Part shown: positions 59,738 to 64,000 of the stretch, one piece after another
Position numbering within the stretch: position 1 is the first letter of the stretch
Layout of the letters: every line of letters begins with the position of its first letter
Assembly: GCA_012295275.1 (NCBI GenBank)
Contig: CM022675.1
Span: 14,198,001-14,262,000, forward strand
Length of the DNA stretch: 64,000 nt
Direction of reading: 5' to 3'
Source of the DNA: Chrysomallon squamiferum
Lineage: Eukaryota > Animalia > Mollusca
The notes under the pieces: model-generated
Seen by the model: only the letters and a program-made list of their open reading frames with translations
The model's database searches: none
What the model was told of the DNA's origin: nothing
Program-made: the position numbers and the translations under genes

Positions 59738-61412
59738 GTTAAATTTAGTTCAGAAATCTGAATCTTACCACTTTATAAAATTATTATTTAAGTATTTTGT
59801 ATTTGATGGTTGATGCATGTTTTGTTAGATAAGATCACTCACAAATTCATCTGCAAATGATTTAGTCAACAGAGTAAGTACTGACAGAGTTGTCTGACCC
59901 TTATTCATTGTCAGGAAGCTTTGATCCTGTAACAATTCAAATAAATTACACATACTAATATAAAACAATAATGATGAGATACGGTTAATAAATAAAAAAA
60001 TAAAAATAAAATAAAATAAAATAAAATAAATAAATAAATAACTAACTAAAGTGACACTACTATTTTGTTACATACTCAAAGATATGATATTCATTATTGC
60101 ATATATACAATATTAGATATGACTTTAATTAAACAATGTGTTTAAAAAGTAAATAATATTTTCCTTCTTTGTAAAACTAAGACACATATCAACATTGTGT
60201 TTCATTTCAGTATGTTAAATATGTAGAACCTTTCTTAATCCTTTGTACTACTTGCATATAACCATCTGGATAACATTACATTTACATATATATGTATATT
60301 TCTCTGTAACAATAAATAACAAACTTTTATATGTAACCATTTAAATAAAAGTATTATCCTTTTTTATATATTTGAGAAAACTTGATAATTTTCACATAAA
60401 ATTATAATGAGACTACACACTAATTATTTTTTTTTAATTTGCTTTGGAATAAAAAATTTCATATTATAATAATTTAATTATTTATTACAAAAAATAACAA
60501 TAAAATAAACAAAAATAAAAATAAAAAGTTAATAACCAAATTCATTTTGTTGTTCCGAAAATAAGATTTAGAAATTGAAAATTTTCTTTAAAAAAAATCT
60601 TTATCAAGTTTTCTCAGAGTTGCTTTTTATGTAATATCCAGTTATAATCATTTTTGTAACTTTATTACCTACAATGTAATCATGCTACAATACTTTATTA
60701 TTCTTTTACTGTTTATATTATATTCCATTAAAGTCTGTATAAATGTATGACAGATATGGCTACCGGTCATTTTTGCATGCAGGAAGAAACAAGATTTCTG
60801 TAATACAAGGAATCTGGGACATTTTCTTGTTATTAACAAACACTACACTTAACAGGTGACTACGTTAGAGTCCATTTCCAGCAGTAGTGGTGGAGGTGGT
60901 GGTGGTGGTGGTAGTAGTAGTACTGGAGGGAGGCCTGCAAGTGCAGCAACACGTAGACAGGTCTTGAGACTCTATGGCAGGGTAAACTGGAACAAAATTT
61001 GGCATGAAATGAAACATCTTTGAATCTTGGCATGCTAAATATCATTTGTCACTTTGCATTTTTCAGTCTGGTATCAGTGAATTTGTGATATTAACTAGAA
61101 TTAACAGAAAATCAGAATTAACAGAAAACTGAAACTTAGAAATGTATTAATTTGTACCTGTCTTGTTCTTCACTTTTCATTTTTTAATTATTAAACTACC
61201 TGTCCTTACAGAGTACATTTCTCTTTGATTTGTGAAATACATTCATTAAAAAAATATACTGGTACTACATAAATATATGCTATGTCCATACAGATGGAAA
61301 TTATTATTAAAGATTTACACAGCTTTACATAAAATAGAGAAAATAAACAAACACAAAAATATGTACATTTACACATACACAACACACACACATATACACA
61401 CACACACATACA

Positions 61413-61446
<34 letters not shown>

Positions 61447-62587
61447 CACATACATATACAAACACAATACACTATACAAGCATGAATGCCAACATGTTTA
61501 TGCACAAACTGTATGCATTTTTAATAAAAAAGAGTTATCACTGTCTGAAACTGACCTTTGAACTTGTGAATGAATAAAAATAAATGTTATTACTGCGTGA
61601 GAGTTCTGATCATCCCCATTTAATCCACAAGTTTCTAATTTCAAAGGCAAAAATATTTTGCTTTATTATTTTAATTGTATTGGCTGTGAACCATAGTTTT
61701 AAAAATTAGCTTTTTTTTAATAAATAATTTCTGAATAGTACCAAATTAATATATTTTTACATTGCTTGACCCATCCCTTATGTACATACTACGCATACCA
61801 CATGCATATAAGTATGTGTCTATTTATTACCTACCTCTTTGTATGTGTGTGTGTGTGTGATGCATGTGCGTCTTGTACATAATCTTTTACTGTTACTGAC
61901 AATTATGGTGTTATTTCATAAATAATTACCTGTTAATACTTACTTAGAAAGCTTTCACCTCATTTTGAAGATAGAACTAATGATAGAGATAAACATTTAC
62001 TAACAGTTATGAACTGCATTGTATATTATTTTGTTAATGAAATTAATAAGTTAAATATATATAAATATATTTCTTTTATAAAATACCAATTCTTAAAGTT
62101 TACTGTTCCATGTATTGTTTTATAATATAATAATGAATTAAATCTCTTAAAGAGAATTAAACAATCAGTCTATAGAGTAACTATTAATGTATTATTAATA
62201 TCTAATGTATTCAAATGCATTACAGTGTAAGATAAAACAGTTTATAACAGACAAGTATACTTTTATTGTAAAGCATGTAATATCTTTATTAAATAAATTA
62301 TTTTATTGTTTTAAAGGTACGAAGACTGGAACAGCAAATGTCTAGACTGCAGACAGTAAGTGATACTTTCTTTGCTCGATTTCTATTTTATCAGTTTATG
62401 AGAAGGTGCAAATATACTTTACATTGCTGCTAAAGAGTAAGTGGATGTGCTTTCTAACTTACAACATGTATAATGTTGTATAAATGTAAATAAACAGATT
62501 TATTACATCATTAAAACATTTAATTCCTTCTAATCAATTATATGCATGTTATAATTAAAACTTCAGTTCAGTCCATATTTAATTACA

Positions 62588-62622
<35 letters not shown>

Positions 62623-63458
62623 TATTAAACTGAATATAATTAATATAATTAAATATTTAAATTTCAGCTTCTGACAACAAATGAGTGTCAGTCTAACCCA
62701 TGTCTGAATGGTGGGACATGTCTGGACACTTTCAATGGGTTCATCTGTCGCTGCCCCAATACATGGACTGTAAGTAATTTTAATTTAATTTACATCTCTT
62801 GTTTTATTTTTATTTTTGTTGTTTTCTTTAATTTTCATATGTTTTGTTTTATGTTATTTTATTTTATTTTTTTATATATTATATTACCAAGATGCTACAT
62901 TACATTATATTATATTTTATTATATTATATTATGTTATATTATGTTATGTTATATTATATTATATTATATTATATTATATTATATTATATTATATTTATT
63001 ATATTATATTATGTTATATTATGTTATATTATGTTATATTATATTATATTACATTATGTTATGTTATATTATATTATATTTATTATATTATTATATTTCA
63101 GGGGATGAGGTGTGAGATAGATGTGAATGAATGTTCTATCTATGCTGGATCAGATCTTGGATGTCAAAATGGTGGAACATGTATCAACACTCCTGGATCA
63201 TTCAGGTTTCAAGATGTCCTCCTTAATTCATTTCTTCTAAAACATTTTAAAAACAAAAATAATGATAATAATGATGCTGTACTTTCCTTTGTGTGTGTGT
63301 GTATGTGTATATGTGTGTATGAGTGTGTGTGTGTTTGTGTGTGTGTGTATGTATGTGTTTGTGTGTTATGTATTTATCTATATATGTGTATATCTGTATG
63401 TGTGTGTTTATAGGTAAGTGTTTATATATATGTGTGTATGCATGTACATGCATATGTA

Positions 63459-63494
<36 letters not shown>

Positions 63495-63862
63495 GTTTAC
63501 TCAAGTGTTTTTATTCACTAGTAATGACTTTTTGATGATATATATATTTTAATGTGTATCTACATTTATCATTTAATATACTAATTTATAATTCTTATGT
63601 ACAGATATTTATGTATGCTATCATTATACATTTGTGGTTTCCACTGTTTGTATGATATTAGTATAAGATGAGTATATGATAGACACATTACACATGTATA
63701 AGATTATCACAGTGTTTTTGAAATGGTTTCAGCTGTACGTGTGCACCGAACTGGCACGGAGTTCGCTGTACCTCGCCACATGACGACTGTTCAAGCTCGT
63801 CGGAGGCTGAAATCTGCGGACACGGGACGTGTGTCAACCTCAGGAGAGTCGCACAGGGCCAG
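52026..63862 (+). CDS. CUBN: Cubilin, 5' portion (signal peptide, furin site, amnionless-binding region, coiled coil, EGF1-3); continues beyond the window
   Basis: Exons 52026-52132, 54247-54376, 56415-56465, 58944-59060, 59454-59549, 59829-59873, 60856-60981, 62317-62355, 62668-62769, 63102-63205, 63733-63862. Translation: signal peptide [20 protein letters not shown], then [82 protein letters not shown]. The order matches cubilin. Confidence 0.92.
54929..55855 (-). mobile_element. Internally deleted, decayed hAT (Charlie/Buster; SCAND3/ZBED/FAM200-like) DNA transposon
   Basis: TIRs CAGTGGTTCTC ... GAGAACCACTA. Frameshifted C-terminal transposase remnants: LADIFQHL...SLQG...KLLIWK-like, [45 protein letters not shown] (hAT dimerization region). 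No clear 8-bp TSD. Confidence 0.85.
56485..58451. repeat. ~2 kb compound (ATT/ATC)n trinucleotide satellite in cubilin intron 3
   Basis: Near-continuous ATT/ATC triplets with almost no G on the + strand. It is the source of the poly-Ile/Met ORFs in the track. Confidence 0.98.
59572..59736. repeat. (AAT)n microsatellite
   Basis: Long AAT run with a few interruptions in cubilin intron 5. Confidence 0.97.
62900..63097. repeat. (ATATT/ATGTT)n pentanucleotide repeat abutting the cubilin exon 10 acceptor
   Basis: Tandem TATAT/TATGT units run up to ...TTTCAG at 63101. Confidence 0.93.
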
Positions 63863-64000
63863 GTTTGTTAGCTTTACTGTCAGTGTAAGTCTGAGGACTG
63901 CACGGTTCAAGGATCAAATCTCATTACTGAACTTTCTTTAATCCACTCAGTTTCATGTAATGCTGTGCTTGTCTGTCTAGGGGAAGGTGTATGTGAAACA

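Noticed and set aside
62816-63535. Tyr/Ile- and Cys/Val-rich ORFs around cubilin exon 10
   Set aside because: They are read-through of pentamer and (TG)n repeats; only 63102-63205 is coding.

Overview
AT-rich, intron-containing eukaryotic DNA. It is metazoan, and the gene set and repeat types suggest a mollusc, probably a gastropod (inference). I assembled eight spliced protein-coding genes by hand from splice sites and reading phase: CFAP410/C21orf2 (+), RNF32 (-), translin (+), MSMO1 sterol C4-methyl oxidase (+), an SLC34A Na/phosphate cotransporter (-), FMC1 (-), IGBP1/TAP42 (+) and the 5' part of cubilin (+, runs off the window). The window also holds a tRNA-Gly(TCC), several MITEs, an RNase H-bearing LINE 3' fragment, a decayed SINE, a hAT (Charlie/Buster-like) relic and many simple repeats, including a ~2 kb ATC/ATT tract. 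Most ORF-track entries are intron or microsatellite noise. The most notable observations are: (1) an inverted near-perfect copy of IGBP1 exon 6 and its donor site inside intron 9 of the same gene, a candidate long-range duplex or editing-complementary sequence; (2) a much longer cubilin coiled-coil stalk built from six phase-0 exons; (3) two GC-AG first introns; (4) an 87-residue loop in the second RING of RNF32; (5) candidate sense/antisense exons, a microexon and a structured island at the 5' end of SLC34A. No databases were searched; homology calls come from recalled family motifs.
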